DNA from: Candidatus Giovannonibacteria bacterium RIFCSPLOWO2_01_FULL_46_13
Lineage (GTDB): Bacteria; Patescibacteriota; Minisyncoccia; JACPKW01; UBA11713
DNA length: 60,303 nucleotides
NCBI GenBank assembly: GCA_001778785.1
Contig: MFIE01000019.1
Location: 1,072-61,374, forward strand
Direction of reading: 5' to 3'
A program made the translations under genes and the position numbers. Below are positions 26,572-36,287 of the stretch, in pieces; positions within the stretch are counted from its first letter, which is position 1, and every line of letters begins with the position of its first letter. The notes beneath the pieces are model-generated. The model saw only the letters and a list, made by a program, of their open reading frames with translations. It had not been told where the DNA came from and ran no database searches.

Positions 26572-28828
26572 CCCTCTGTTTTGCGATATACGAGGCGAGG
26601 CCGCCTGGACGGGAATAAGCGTATACATTTTTTATTCCCAGATCGTGGGCGATTAAAAATATCGCTTCAATTAACTGGTGCGCGACCGGCGAGCCACTTG
26701 TTATAACTGGAACGTTGGAGATCGGCGGGTATTTAAGCAGCATATTGTACCCGAGGGAACTTTTATCTTCTGGCCGGCCCTGCGGAATTACGTCTACGAA
26801 TTCGGCTCCACGGGCAAGGCCACCTTTTGGCTGCTGGTGAAATCTAAATACCGGATCGTGCCCTCCCTGCAGATAATCTCGCACTTCCTTATCGGTAGAG
26901 ATAATATTTACTTCCGGCACAGGATCGGGTTTATAGTCTCGACTTGAAATTGATGTGCAGACCAAGGCTGCGCCGTCAAGATCAACAATTTCGTCCGTAA
27001 ATAATTTGTTGTACGGTGTGCGCAATAGTTCGTTGCTTGAGAGGCCGCTACGGATGAAAGCGACTTGGCCTGCGAGATCCCCTGCTTTATCGATAGCAAG
27101 GAGAATAAATTGTTTGCTAATATTCTTTTTAAAAGTTTTGTGATCAAGAGTGAGGGGAGCCCACGCATTATTGTGTAATTTAAATGAGGCCTCCGTGTAT
27201 GGAGAAGGTTCGGTGAGCAATATGAAACGATAAGGTTCTGTTGGTATAAGGTCAAAGACTAACTCGTAGCGCGTGATTGGCAACGCATCCTTGAGGACGC
27301 CGCGCTGAATTTTTCCAGTTGAGGTTACGGGGAGGGCGTCGAGAGAAGAAGTGGCAATATATTTTGGCCTCTCGTATGCGCTGAACGCGGAAGCGCCTGA
27401 ACCAAAAAGCATGGCGCATTTTAATCGGCGCATAGCGTTTTCTGGATTCGTCCCCTTTTTCCAGCACACTACCACGGCTACCTCTTCGCCGTATCGCGCG
27501 TCGGAAAGCCCGACCGCATATGCCTGTTCGATATCCGGGGAGATTTTTTGGAGACGATTTTCTATCGCAACAGGAGAAATATTAATCCCCCCCTTTATAA
27601 TTATTTCGTGCTTCCTTCCCTTCAGGAAAAAATATTTTTCTCCCAGAATGATTCGAAAAAAGCCCAAGTCTCCGGTCAGAAAATAACCATCGCGAAATGC
27701 TTCTTCTTCGCCGACGTATCCCTCCATAACTGCGGGGCCCTTAACCACGAGTTCCCCCTCTTTTTCTTCTTCCAGGAAATTCCCTTCCGCGTCGGCAATT
27801 TGAATATCCGCCCACGGCATAGCGCTGCCGATGGAATTTTCTTCAATAAGTTCGTCATAGATATCTTGCGGCAAATCAATGCCCACGCCGGTTACCCGAA
27901 GTGCTGTTTCGGTTTGTCCGTATCCCTGGTAAAGCGGTATGCCGAACTTTTTCCTGAATTCCTTGACGGATTCAGCGATGACGGGAGCCGAGCCTATCTG
28001 CATGCGCGTTAGTACAAGATTGTCTTTTTCCGCGAAATATTCTTTTTCGCGATGTAATTGATCGAAAACAATCGACTGCACAATTGAGCTTAGCGTCGCC
28101 TGCATTTTTGCGGCTTGCTGCCAGAAGCGCGAGTTTGAGTAATTGGGCGGAATAGCGATTGATCCGCCCGCGAGCAGGGCCGCAAGACAGAAGGTCGTAG
28201 AATTTATGTGATGCAGTGGGAGATTCACGAGAAAGCGATCTCTGTCGGTGATACGAAGCCAATTTCGAATATCTTCGGCGTTGACCAGTAGATTTTCCAA
28301 ACTAAGCTTAGCCCCTTTTGGATAAGCAGTTGTCCCTGAAGTAAATAAAATAAGCGCAATATCGGAGATCCCTTGCTCCCATGGGAAATTTTTCTTATCT
28401 CCTGGCGCTTGCGGAAGTCCAGAAAATTCATGCACGGTTGTCCCTTCAAGATATTTTGCCTTTATATCGGCAAGCATATTTTTCTGGGCGATCATGGTCG
28501 GCGCGCGTGTCAATTGTAGCTTATATCGGTATAGTTCTTTGGTGTCTCGCTTAACGTCCATCGGGATGCTCGTTATGCCCAAACTCCATGCCGCCCAGCT
28601 CAAGATGAGAAGATCCGGAGAATTGTTAAATGCCAGGGCTACCCGATCCCCCTTTTTGACGCCAAGATTTTCAAAATAATAAGCGGCGGCTTCGATTTTT
28701 TCGACCAATTCCCGGTAGCAGATCTCTTGAACAATAGTCCCATCTTCGCCGCAGGCCATAATCGCAATTTTCTCGGGATCTTTCTCCGCTAGGCCAACGA
28801 TAAAATTGTACAGGTTTTCAGGTTTCAT
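26549..28828 (-). CDS. AMP-forming adenylating enzyme (acyl/aminoacyl-AMP ligase) fused to a roughly 240-aa GNAT-like C-terminal domain
   Basis: ANL motifs LFTSGTTAYPKGAKLS, GYGQTE, GDLG and KGGINISP within residues 1-520. The extra C-terminal domain carries VAHQLIEAIFLIAHDLGIKNVYAYSRPGG. Confidence 0.75.
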   Translation of the reverse strand: MKPENLYNFIVGLAEKDPEKIAIMACGEDGTIVQEICYRELVEKIEAAAYYFENLGVKKGDRVALAFNNSPDLLILSWAAWSLGITSIPMDVKRDTKELYRYKLQLTRAPTMIAQKNMLADIKAKYLEGTTVHEFSGLPQAPGDKKNFPWEQGISDIALILFTSGTTAYPKGAKLSLENLLVNAEDIRNWLRITDRDRFLVNLPLHHINSTTFCLAALLAGGSIAIPPNYSNSRFWQQAAKMQATLSSIVQSIVFDQLHREKEYFAEKDNLVLTRMQIGSAPVIAESVKEFRKKFGIPLYQGYGQTETALRVTGVGIDLPQDIYDELIEENSIGSAMPWADIQIADAEGNFLEEEKEGELVVKGPAVMEGYVGEEEAFRDGYFLTGDLGFFRIILGEKYFFLKGRKHEIIIKGGINISPVAIENRLQKISPDIEQAYAVGLSDARYGEEVAVVVCWKKGTNPENAMRRLKCAMLFGSGASAFSAYERPKYIATSSLDALPVTSTGKIQRGVLKDALPITRYELVFDLIPTEPYRFILLTEPSPYTEASFKLHNNAWAPLTLDHKTFKKNISKQFILLAIDKAGDLAGQVAFIRSGLSSNELLRTPYNKLFTDEIVDLDGAALVCTSISSRDYKPDPVPEVNIISTDKEVRDYLQGGHDPVFRFHQQPKGGLARGAEFVDVIPQGRPEDKSSLGYNMLLKYPPISNVPVITSGSPVAHQLIEAIFLIAHDLGIKNVYAYSRPGGLASYIAKQRAKAPFFL

Positions 28829-30332
28829 ACACGAAGAAATTTTTGCGTGGACGATATTGGAGCGCCTCGAGTAGGTGCTCTTTTTTTATGTCTCGCTCGC
28901 CTTCGAAGTCGGCGATGGTCCGCGCGAGTTTAATTATACGGTGATAGGCGCGCGCCGAGAGGTCCAATTTTTTCGCGGCTTCGTGCAAAATATTTTGCGC
29001 ATCGGAAGATAGCGGGGCAAACTCTTCCAAATCTTTGGGGCGCATCTCGGAGTTTAAAATTTTCCTTTCTTTCTGGATTAATCGCGCCCTCTCTACTTTT
29101 TCCCGGATGCCTGCGCTTTCTTTTGTGGATTTCTCGCTCATTTTTTCGTGTTCGAAATGCGGGACCTCGAGCCAGATATCAATGCGGTCTGCTATCGGCC
29201 CGGAAACTTTTCTTTGATACCGGTATAAAGTTTGCGTCGAGCAGAGGCAAGCTTTTTTATCCGAGCCGAAATTTCCGCACGGGCAGGGATTCATGGCAAA
29301 GACCATCAGCGAGCGCGCCGGAAAAGTTATGGTCCCTTTGGCGCGGGAGACCGTTATGTCCCCGTCTTCAAGCGGCTGGCGCAAAGATTCCAAGACTCGC
29401 CTTTCGAATTCCGGAAATTCATCCAAGAACAAAACGCCGCGGTGCGCCAAAGTTATTTCTCCCGGCCGCGGCGTTTGCCCTCCTCCGACGAGCGCGACAT
29501 ACGAGGCGGTGTGGTGGGGATTCCTAAAAGGACGCTCGGCTAAATATGGTTTTCGTAAATTTCCTGAGACGGAATGAATTTTTGTAACTTCCAAAATTTC
29601 GTCAAAATCCATCGGTGGAAGGATGGAGGGAAGGGATTTTGCGAGCATGGTTTTTCCGGTTCCGGGCGGGCCGACCATCAAAACGTGGTGCCCTCCCGCG
29701 GCCGCAAGGGCGAGTCCCCTTTTTGCAATCTCCTGCCCTTTTATTTCCCCGAAATCGAGCGGGTAGGCGATTTCATTTTCTATATGTATCCTTTCGTGAG
29801 CAGGAATTCTTTCTTCACCTTTCAAGTGTTTTAAAACCTCGACTAAATTTTTTGCCCCGTAAACTTGGACACCCTCAACCAAACTTGCCTCCGGGGCATT
29901 TTCTTCCGGCAAAATTATTTCTTTAAATCCTGCCTCCCGCGCGGACATTGCGAGGGAAAGCGCACCCTTAATTTTTCGGAGCGTGCCATCTAAGGCAAGT
30001 TCTCCCAAGAAAAGTTTCTTGTCCGGATTAAATTCCAATTGCTTCGAAGCCATCAAATATCCAATCGCGATCGCAAGATCAAAAAGCGGACCCTCTTTTT
30101 TAAGGTCCGCCGGCGCAAGTGATACGACAACTCTCTGGTTTTTCTTCTGGGGATGGCGCAGTCCGGAATTTTTTATTGCCGAAGATACGCGTTCTTTTGA
30201 TTCGTCGACCGCTTTATCCGCGAGGCCGACAATTGAAAAATGAAAAAGGCCGGGGGCAAGATCTACTTCCACGTCTATTATTTCTCCCCCAAGACCTAAT
30301 ATTTCTGCGGAATGAGTCTTTACCGAGCCCAT
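28818..30332 (-). CDS. comM: Mg-chelatase-like ATPase ComM/YifB
   Basis: Lon-like N-terminal domain, Walker A VGPPGTGKTM, LFLDEFPEF, and the CPCG zinc motif. Confidence 0.9.
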   Translation of the reverse strand: MGSVKTHSAEILGLGGEIIDVEVDLAPGLFHFSIVGLADKAVDESKERVSSAIKNSGLRHPQKKNQRVVVSLAPADLKKEGPLFDLAIAIGYLMASKQLEFNPDKKLFLGELALDGTLRKIKGALSLAMSAREAGFKEIILPEENAPEASLVEGVQVYGAKNLVEVLKHLKGEERIPAHERIHIENEIAYPLDFGEIKGQEIAKRGLALAAAGGHHVLMVGPPGTGKTMLAKSLPSILPPMDFDEILEVTKIHSVSGNLRKPYLAERPFRNPHHTASYVALVGGGQTPRPGEITLAHRGVLFLDEFPEFERRVLESLRQPLEDGDITVSRAKGTITFPARSLMVFAMNPCPCGNFGSDKKACLCSTQTLYRYQRKVSGPIADRIDIWLEVPHFEHEKMSEKSTKESAGIREKVERARLIQKERKILNSEMRPKDLEEFAPLSSDAQNILHEAAKKLDLSARAYHRIIKLARTIADFEGERDIKKEHLLEALQYRPRKNFFVYET

Positions 30333-30701
30333 TTAGATTATTTTTTTGGAATGATTGATGCAGGTTGTCGCGAGGGGATTTGCTTCCAATCTTTTCTCCT
30401 CGATATCTTCTCTTCCTTCCGAACACTTTCCATATGTCCCATTTTCAATCCGATCTAAGGCGGCGATAACTGCCTTAAATCTTTCTTCGAGCTGCATCTC
30501 GAGCCCCGTCTGGGTTTCTAATTCCTCAAACATGTCGGCTAGCTCCGATTGGTCGGAAACCATCGTATTCATTTCCGGCGCTTTCACATCCCATTCTCCC
30601 GGCTTCTCCGGATCGGGATTTTTTCGCGCGATTTGAGAGAGCTCTCTTTCGAGCTTTGCCTTTTCTTCGAGTAGGATCGATTTGTATTTTTCAAAAGCCA
30701 T
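30333..30701 (-). CDS. DksA/TraR-like protein with a degenerate zinc finger
   Basis: Coiled-coil N-terminus and C-terminal GTYGKCSEGREDIEEKRLEANPLATTCINHSK. Only two of the usual four Cys remain. Confidence 0.5.
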   Translation of the reverse strand: MAFEKYKSILLEEKAKLERELSQIARKNPDPEKPGEWDVKAPEMNTMVSDQSELADMFEELETQTGLEMQLEERFKAVIAALDRIENGTYGKCSEGREDIEEKRLEANPLATTCINHSKKII

Positions 30702-30740
30702 AGTCTTTATATGGTAAGGAAAATTTGGTTCAAGCGCAAT

Positions 30741-32936
30741 CTAGCGCCTGAAGTTCCTTCCCCCACCGCCCCCTCGTCCTCCGTGGCCCCCGCGGTCTTG
30801 TCTCGGGGCTTCTTCGGGCGGCGTCCAGCCCTCTGGCCTTTCTTTGACTTTAAGTTCGGTTACGGCTTTGATTGAAAGATTTAATCTTCCGAGTTCGTCA
30901 ATGCCTACAACTTTGACCGGAACTTTATCTCCCACGTCCACAACGTCCGTAACTTTTCCAACCCTGAAGGGTGCAAGTTCGGATATGTGGACCAACCCCT
31001 CTTGCTTCGGCCCAATTTCAACCATCGCTCCGAAGTCGAAAATTCTCGATATGGTTCCCTGGATAGTCTCGCCGACTTCAAATTCGTGCGTGACTTCTTT
31101 TACTCTCTCGAGCGCTTTCTGTGCGCCTTCGGACGTCCCGGTTATAAATACTGTTCCGTCCTGTTCCACGTCGACGGTAGCGCCGGTCTCGTCGATTATC
31201 GCGTTTATCATTTTTCCTCCCGGCCCGATTAAGTCGCGGATCTTCTCCGGATTTATTTTAATGGTGAGTATCCTCGGCGCGTATTGCGAGAGTTCTTTCC
31301 TTGGCTCGCTGATAGCTTTGGACATAACTTCCATTATTTTTATTCTGGCTTCCCGCGCGTCGCGAAGGGTCTCGGCTAAAATTTCAATCGTAACTCCGGA
31401 AACTTTTACGTCCATCTGTATCGCGGTAACCCCGACGCTCGTGCCGGCGGATTTAAAATCCATGTCTCCGTAGTGGTCTTCCGGACCCTGGATGTCCGTC
31501 AAAACTTTAAAGTTTTTCTCGTCTTTCATTATTAATCCCATGGCGATTCCGGCGACTTGGCGCTTCAAAGGAACTCCCGCGTCCATCATCGAGAGGACCG
31601 ATGCGCAGGTTGAAGCCATCGAAGTTGATCCGTTTGAGGATAAAACTTCAGAGACAAGGCGGATGACGTAAGGGAATTCCAAGATGTCTGGCAGGACCGG
31701 CAAAAGGGCGCGTTCCGCCAAAGCTCCGTGCCCGATCTCGCGCCGTCCAGGGTTCCCCATTCTTCCGGTTTCTCCCGGCGCAAACGGCGGGAAGTTGTAG
31801 TGATGGAAGAACCTCTTTTTCGTGGAAATGGACATGCCTTCGATCAATTGCGTGTCTCCCGGCCCGCCCAAAGTTGCCGCGGACAAAACGTGCGTCTCCC
31901 CGCGATAAAAAACTCCGGAGCCGTGCGTTCTCGGCAAAATCGAAACGCCCGCCCAAAGTTTTCGAAGTTCCTTAAGTCCCCTGCCGTCCGGACGCTTTTC
32001 AGATTCCAATATATTTTTGTGCACTATCTCGTCTATCCTTTCTTCATAAAATCCGTCCGAAAGGGATTTATATCCCTCGCCGACTTCAGCTTTGATTGCT
32101 TCGCTCCACTCCTCTTTAATTTGCGAGAGCGAAGAATTCCTCACTTTCTTTTCTTTTATATAAAGCGCTTCTTCTAAGCGCGCGCGGAAAGTAGCTTCGA
32201 ATATTTGAGAAATTTTTGCGGGCTCTTCTTGCAACTTCGGAATAATTTTTTCTTTGCCGATCTCCGCGATTATTTTTTTCTGGAATTCTTCGATCTTGGA
32301 AATTTCTTTTTCGGCGAATTCGAGCGCTTGGACCATTTCCTCTTCGGGAATTTCTTTTGCTCCCGCTTCAACCATATTTATTTTCCCGCCTTTACCGGAG
32401 ACGATCATATCAAAATCCGATTTTTCGAGTTCCGTGTGCGTTGGGTTGATTATAAGTTTTCCGTCTATCCTTCCGACGCGAACGGTCCCGATCGGCCCGT
32501 CCCACGGCACGGAAGAAGTTCCCAAGGCCAAAGATGCCGCAAGGGCGGCCGGAATGTCCGGCTCGTTTTCCTGGTCGAAAGATAAAGCTAGCGCTACAAC
32601 GTGTACCTCGTTCCTAATTTTGTGGTTGAAAAGCGGGCGCAATCCCCTGTCGATCAAACGCGAAATTAAAACCGCTTCCTCCGAAGGCCTGCCTTCCCTG
32701 CGCACGAAGCGAGAACCCAAAATTTTACCAACGGCGTAAAAGCGCTCTTCGTAGTCAACCGAAAGAGGGAAATAATCTATGCCTTCGCGCTTGCCATGCG
32801 ACATTACGGCCGTAGACAAAATGACCGTGTCGCCGAAGCGAACCATCGCGCTGCCGTGGGCCTGCTCCGCTAAATCCGGAAACTCGACGGTAACTTCTTT
32901 ACCGCCGATCTCGGTCGTAAATTTTTTAGTATCCAT
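30741..32936 (-). CDS. pnp: Polynucleotide phosphorylase
   Basis: Two RNase PH domains, KH (IGPGGKMINAI) and S1 (GTISRIFDFGAMVEI), plus a Gly/Arg-rich C-terminal tail. Confidence 0.95.
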   Translation of the reverse strand: MDTKKFTTEIGGKEVTVEFPDLAEQAHGSAMVRFGDTVILSTAVMSHGKREGIDYFPLSVDYEERFYAVGKILGSRFVRREGRPSEEAVLISRLIDRGLRPLFNHKIRNEVHVVALALSFDQENEPDIPAALAASLALGTSSVPWDGPIGTVRVGRIDGKLIINPTHTELEKSDFDMIVSGKGGKINMVEAGAKEIPEEEMVQALEFAEKEISKIEEFQKKIIAEIGKEKIIPKLQEEPAKISQIFEATFRARLEEALYIKEKKVRNSSLSQIKEEWSEAIKAEVGEGYKSLSDGFYEERIDEIVHKNILESEKRPDGRGLKELRKLWAGVSILPRTHGSGVFYRGETHVLSAATLGGPGDTQLIEGMSISTKKRFFHHYNFPPFAPGETGRMGNPGRREIGHGALAERALLPVLPDILEFPYVIRLVSEVLSSNGSTSMASTCASVLSMMDAGVPLKRQVAGIAMGLIMKDEKNFKVLTDIQGPEDHYGDMDFKSAGTSVGVTAIQMDVKVSGVTIEILAETLRDAREARIKIMEVMSKAISEPRKELSQYAPRILTIKINPEKIRDLIGPGGKMINAIIDETGATVDVEQDGTVFITGTSEGAQKALERVKEVTHEFEVGETIQGTISRIFDFGAMVEIGPKQEGLVHISELAPFRVGKVTDVVDVGDKVPVKVVGIDELGRLNLSIKAVTELKVKERPEGWTPPEEAPRQDRGGHGGRGGGGGRNFRR

Positions 32937-32947
32937 TTATTTATTTT

Positions 32948-33457
32948 TTATCTTTTCAATATATATCTCGCTGGGTCCTCTGCCAAGTCTATGAATTCAT
33001 CCACGACTTCGCGGAGTTTTCCTGAAGCCGAAGGCCCGAAAGCCATAGCCTCCACCCTCCTTCCCTGGTTTTTCAAATATTCCACGAGCGGAATAAAGTC
33101 GCCGTCGCCCGAAGCGATTACGACCGCATCCACTACGTCCGCCGTCCGGATCGCGTCGACCGCAATCCCGACGTCCCAGTCCGCTTTTTTGGCTCCTCCG
33201 AAAAATTCCTGCAAATCTTTTTCGCGCGATTCAATCCCGATCGACAAAAGCGCGTCGATAAAGGGTTTTTCTTCGCCGGTCTTCGTGCGGATGACGTATC
33301 CAAAAGCTCGGATCAATTGCCTCCCGGCAACCGCCGTCTTTAGGAGTTCCTTAAAATTCACCCGCCCGCCAAAAAGGCTTTTAGCGGAGTGGTACATGTT
33401 TTGCGCGTCGATAAAAACAGCGACGCGCTGGTTCTTATGCTTGATGATGTTTGTCAT
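32948..33457 (-). CDS. NYN/LabA-like PIN-fold domain protein
   Basis: VAVFIDAQNMYHS at the N-terminus and ASGDGDFIPLVEYLK. Confidence 0.75.
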   Translation of the reverse strand: MTNIIKHKNQRVAVFIDAQNMYHSAKSLFGGRVNFKELLKTAVAGRQLIRAFGYVIRTKTGEEKPFIDALLSIGIESREKDLQEFFGGAKKADWDVGIAVDAIRTADVVDAVVIASGDGDFIPLVEYLKNQGRRVEAMAFGPSASGKLREVVDEFIDLAEDPARYILKR

Positions 33458-33524
33458 TATAAAAATGGTTAGCTTTTAAAAAATTAAATTTTAGAAATTA
33501 GAAATTCGGGAATTAGAAATTTTA

Positions 33525-33794
33525 TCACTTGACCTTAAGCCCGAGTTTTTTGGCAACCTCGGCGTAAGTTTCCTGGTTTTGGCGGGCAAGATAGCTCAAA
33601 AGAGTTTTTCTTTTGGCGACCATCTGCAAAAGTCCGCGCCTGGAGTGTTTGTCCTTTCGGTGAGTCTTCAAATGTTCGCCAAGGCGGTTGATTTCTTCGC
33701 TTAAAATGCCAACCTGAACAGCCGCAGATCCGGTGTCTTTGTCGTTTACCTTGAATTTATCTATCACCTTGGCTTTTTCCTTTGCCTTAAGCAT
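33525..33794 (-). CDS. rpsO: 30S ribosomal protein S15
   Basis: 89 aa with DTGSAAVQVGILSEEINRLGEHLKTHRKDKHSRRGLLQMV. Confidence 0.95.
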   Translation of the reverse strand: MLKAKEKAKVIDKFKVNDKDTGSAAVQVGILSEEINRLGEHLKTHRKDKHSRRGLLQMVAKRKTLLSYLARQNQETYAEVAKKLGLKVK

Positions 33795-33839
33795 TTTGGG
33801 AGAATATCATATTTTCCAAGATTTTGCAAGTCCGATATT

Positions 33840-34742
33840 GTGCGACATAATTCAGGTATGGGCCTAAAAGAACTGCACAAAGAGTACCTCGAGTACCTCG
33901 AAATTGAGCGCGGCAGGTCGCTAAAAACCGTAGAAAATTACGACCGGTACTTGAAGCGTTTTTTCGGTTTCGCCAAAATCTCTTCCGCCTCTGAAATAGA
34001 TGACGAAATACTCAGGAAATATCGACTCGACCTAAACCGCGGCGGCTTAAAAAAGCGCACGCAAAATTATTATTTGATCGCGTTAAGGAATTTTTTGAAA
34101 TATCTGGCGTGGCGCGGCATCGGAAGCTTGTCTCCGGAAAGGATTTTATTGGCCAAGGCTCCCGAGCGCGATCTGGATTTAATTTCCGTTGAGGAATTGG
34201 ATCGCTTGTTTAAATCCCCAGAGGGGGACGGCATAAAATCCCTTCGCGACCGCACCATGCTTGAACTTTTATTTTCGACCGGCCTTCGCGTTTCGGAGTT
34301 GGCCTCACTCGACCGTGATTCGGTCGACCTGAAAAAGGACGAATTCTCCGTTCGCGGAAAGGGCGAAAAGGTGCGCGTGGTTTTTCTCTCCCCTTCCGCC
34401 AAAGAAGCCATAAAAAAATATTTGGACAAGCGCGAGGACGTTTCGGAAGCCCTTTTTATAAATTACAAACCACACGCCAAAGAGGCCCTGCGCCTAACCC
34501 CCCGCTCGATAGAGAGGATAATAAAATTTTATGCGATAAAGGCGGGCATTTCTAAAAAAGTAACCCCGCACGTCCTGCGGCATATGTTCGCGACGGATTT
34601 GCTTACAAACGGGGCGGATTTGCGCTCGGTCCAGGCGCTTTTAGGCCACTCCAGCATCACGACCACCCAAATTTACACCCACGTAACCGACAAAGCCTTA
34701 AGGGATATACATAAAGCATTTCACGGCAAACGCAGACAATAG
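33840..34742 (+). CDS. Tyrosine recombinase XerC/XerD family
   Basis: SAM-like N-terminal domain and catalytic motifs HVLRHMFATDLL and LGHSSITTTQIYTHV. GTG start as listed; the ATG at 33858 is the more likely start. Confidence 0.85.
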   Translation: MRHNSGMGLKELHKEYLEYLEIERGRSLKTVENYDRYLKRFFGFAKISSASEIDDEILRKYRLDLNRGGLKKRTQNYYLIALRNFLKYLAWRGIGSLSPERILLAKAPERDLDLISVEELDRLFKSPEGDGIKSLRDRTMLELLFSTGLRVSELASLDRDSVDLKKDEFSVRGKGEKVRVVFLSPSAKEAIKKYLDKREDVSEALFINYKPHAKEALRLTPRSIERIIKFYAIKAGISKKVTPHVLRHMFATDLLTNGADLRSVQALLGHSSITTTQIYTHVTDKALRDIHKAFHGKRRQ

Positions 34743-34777
34743 CCTATTTATAAGGCTTTTTCTCCAAACCCCATCTA

Positions 34778-34806
34778 TTGACTAATCTCTTCTTTTTTGC
34801 TATAAT
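34778..34806 (+). promoter_or_regulatory. Near-consensus sigma70 promoter of the ORFan three-gene operon
   Basis: TTGACT (34778-34783), 17 nt, TATAAT (34801-34806). A leader hairpin TCCGGCA/TGCCGGA follows. Confidence 0.55.
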
Positions 34807-34896
34807 AGCACTCAAATGATCCGGCAAATTTTTATGCCGGATTTGAAAACTGAATAAGGAACAAAAAAGATATAACAAAGGAAAGGATGGTGAATT

Positions 34897-35739
34897 ATGG
34901 CAGAAGACCAAGGACGTAGAGATAATCGGCCGCCCTTCAAAATAACCTCCTTTGAGGTTGCTATGGAGCCGCGGTTCATTGAGGGAATTCCTGGAAAGGA
35001 AGACCCACTCAACAAAGATCGGTATGAATTTGATCTGTCGGTTATCGTTGCGCATCGCTCGGGCGGAGCGCCGCGAGAAATACAGCAGGTTGTGTGCGAC
35101 ATGGGGTCGCACGTTTCTCAACATGGTACTGGGCCAGGAGGAAAAATAATTTTTCCTATGTATTCCCTGTTGCCTGGCATTTTTGTTGCAGGTGCCCGTC
35201 TGGCGAATGACCCACCAAATAACAGGATTACTATTCCTGTGGTCATTCGTGAATTGACTGAGCAGCAAAAAGAGATTGCTGCTCTCGAGCATCGTAAGCA
35301 TGTCGCCGGGCTTAGGAGGGACGTGGAGAAGGCCGAGAAGGGGCAAGAAGAAGAAAAACCAAAACTCAAAAAGCTTGCGCCGCCAGCGGTCGAAGCCGCA
35401 GGGGACGAAGGAAGTTATAAAATTTCTGTCTCTATATCTTACGATGACGGTGAAAGTGCGAGTGACATTCCAGTGAGGTTTCTTATTTCGAAGTTGGGCA
35501 AGCCCGCAGAAATTCATGACGAGGCAACAGATGAGCGGGGCTTCGCAACTTATGATCTAGAGTTCAAAGAGAAGGAGTGTGATGTCGTCGTACAAATTAG
35601 GAGCTACGAACACAAAATCGATAATTTGTACGGACCGTCGCGATATAAGAGAATAGAAATCCCCGAGCCCTCAGAGAAGGGTTTGTCGGGATCGTTTTGG
35701 CAGATAATAAAACGCGCCTGGAAAGGAGAAGGGGTATGA
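34897..35739 (+). CDS. Hypothetical soluble protein (two beta-rich halves joined by a charged linker)
   Basis: 280-aa ORF with an SD-like AAGGAAAGGA upstream. Its stop overlaps the next start (ATGA). The antisense ORF 34744..35517 has unnatural composition. Confidence 0.6.
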   Translation: MAEDQGRRDNRPPFKITSFEVAMEPRFIEGIPGKEDPLNKDRYEFDLSVIVAHRSGGAPREIQQVVCDMGSHVSQHGTGPGGKIIFPMYSLLPGIFVAGARLANDPPNNRITIPVVIRELTEQQKEIAALEHRKHVAGLRRDVEKAEKGQEEEKPKLKKLAPPAVEAAGDEGSYKISVSISYDDGESASDIPVRFLISKLGKPAEIHDEATDERGFATYDLEFKEKECDVVVQIRSYEHKIDNLYGPSRYKRIEIPEPSEKGLSGSFWQIIKRAWKGEGV

Positions 35740-36281
35740 AAAGATGGGTTTGGAGATATGTGTACGCGCTCCGGCGCGACAACAATACCAGAATGAAAAC
35801 CCTCTGGGTCTTTACAGGACTTTTATTGGTTTTCAATCTAGGAGTGCTCGGATCAGGATCAGTATCCTGGCCTGTTCACTCCGATGAGGCACAACGTTAC
35901 TACAACGCGTACTTTCAGGGTAAATTTATGACCGACCAGGAGCTTCTGAGCACCTACGAAGTGGTCACTGGAAGTATAGGCTTATTCTTTGGGTGGATGT
36001 TTGGTTGGATACGATGGTTCATGTGGCGACTGTGGCTCGTTCTATTTGTGGCGACTGTGGTATATACGCCCCTCGCCTACAGAGATGAGTTTACCAAACT
36101 GAAACTAGGGATAAGCAGAAGTTTCCGCGAACAACGTGGAGCAGAAGCTACTGGTGGTCCGCGGGTACCTCTTTCAGGAGGGGTTAAGGCAGGCAACGAA
36201 GGTGGCCTCACTTTCTGGCAGTATATGAAGGGCGAAATCATCTGGGATATTCTCAGAGATTTTGTTTTCAAAAGGAGGTAA
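35736..36281 (+). CDS. Hypothetical membrane protein
   Basis: Start set at the internal ATG (MKRWVWRY...) preceded by GGAGAAGGGG. Three hydrophobic helices. Confidence 0.55.
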   Translation: MKRWVWRYVYALRRDNNTRMKTLWVFTGLLLVFNLGVLGSGSVSWPVHSDEAQRYYNAYFQGKFMTDQELLSTYEVVTGSIGLFFGWMFGWIRWFMWRLWLVLFVATVVYTPLAYRDEFTKLKLGISRSFREQRGAEATGGPRVPLSGGVKAGNEGGLTFWQYMKGEIIWDILRDFVFKRR

Positions 36282-36287
36282 TTGACA

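Noticed and set aside
33491-33521. Three copies of TAGAAATT between rpsO and the NYN gene
   Set aside because: It is a short AT-rich low-complexity repeat in a 67-nt spacer and has no further structure.
34744-35517. 257-aa minus-strand ORF opposite the first ORFan gene
   Set aside because: Its composition is unnatural (Arg/Phe/Leu-rich with no start context). The plus-strand ORF has a promoter, an SD and coupling to downstream genes.
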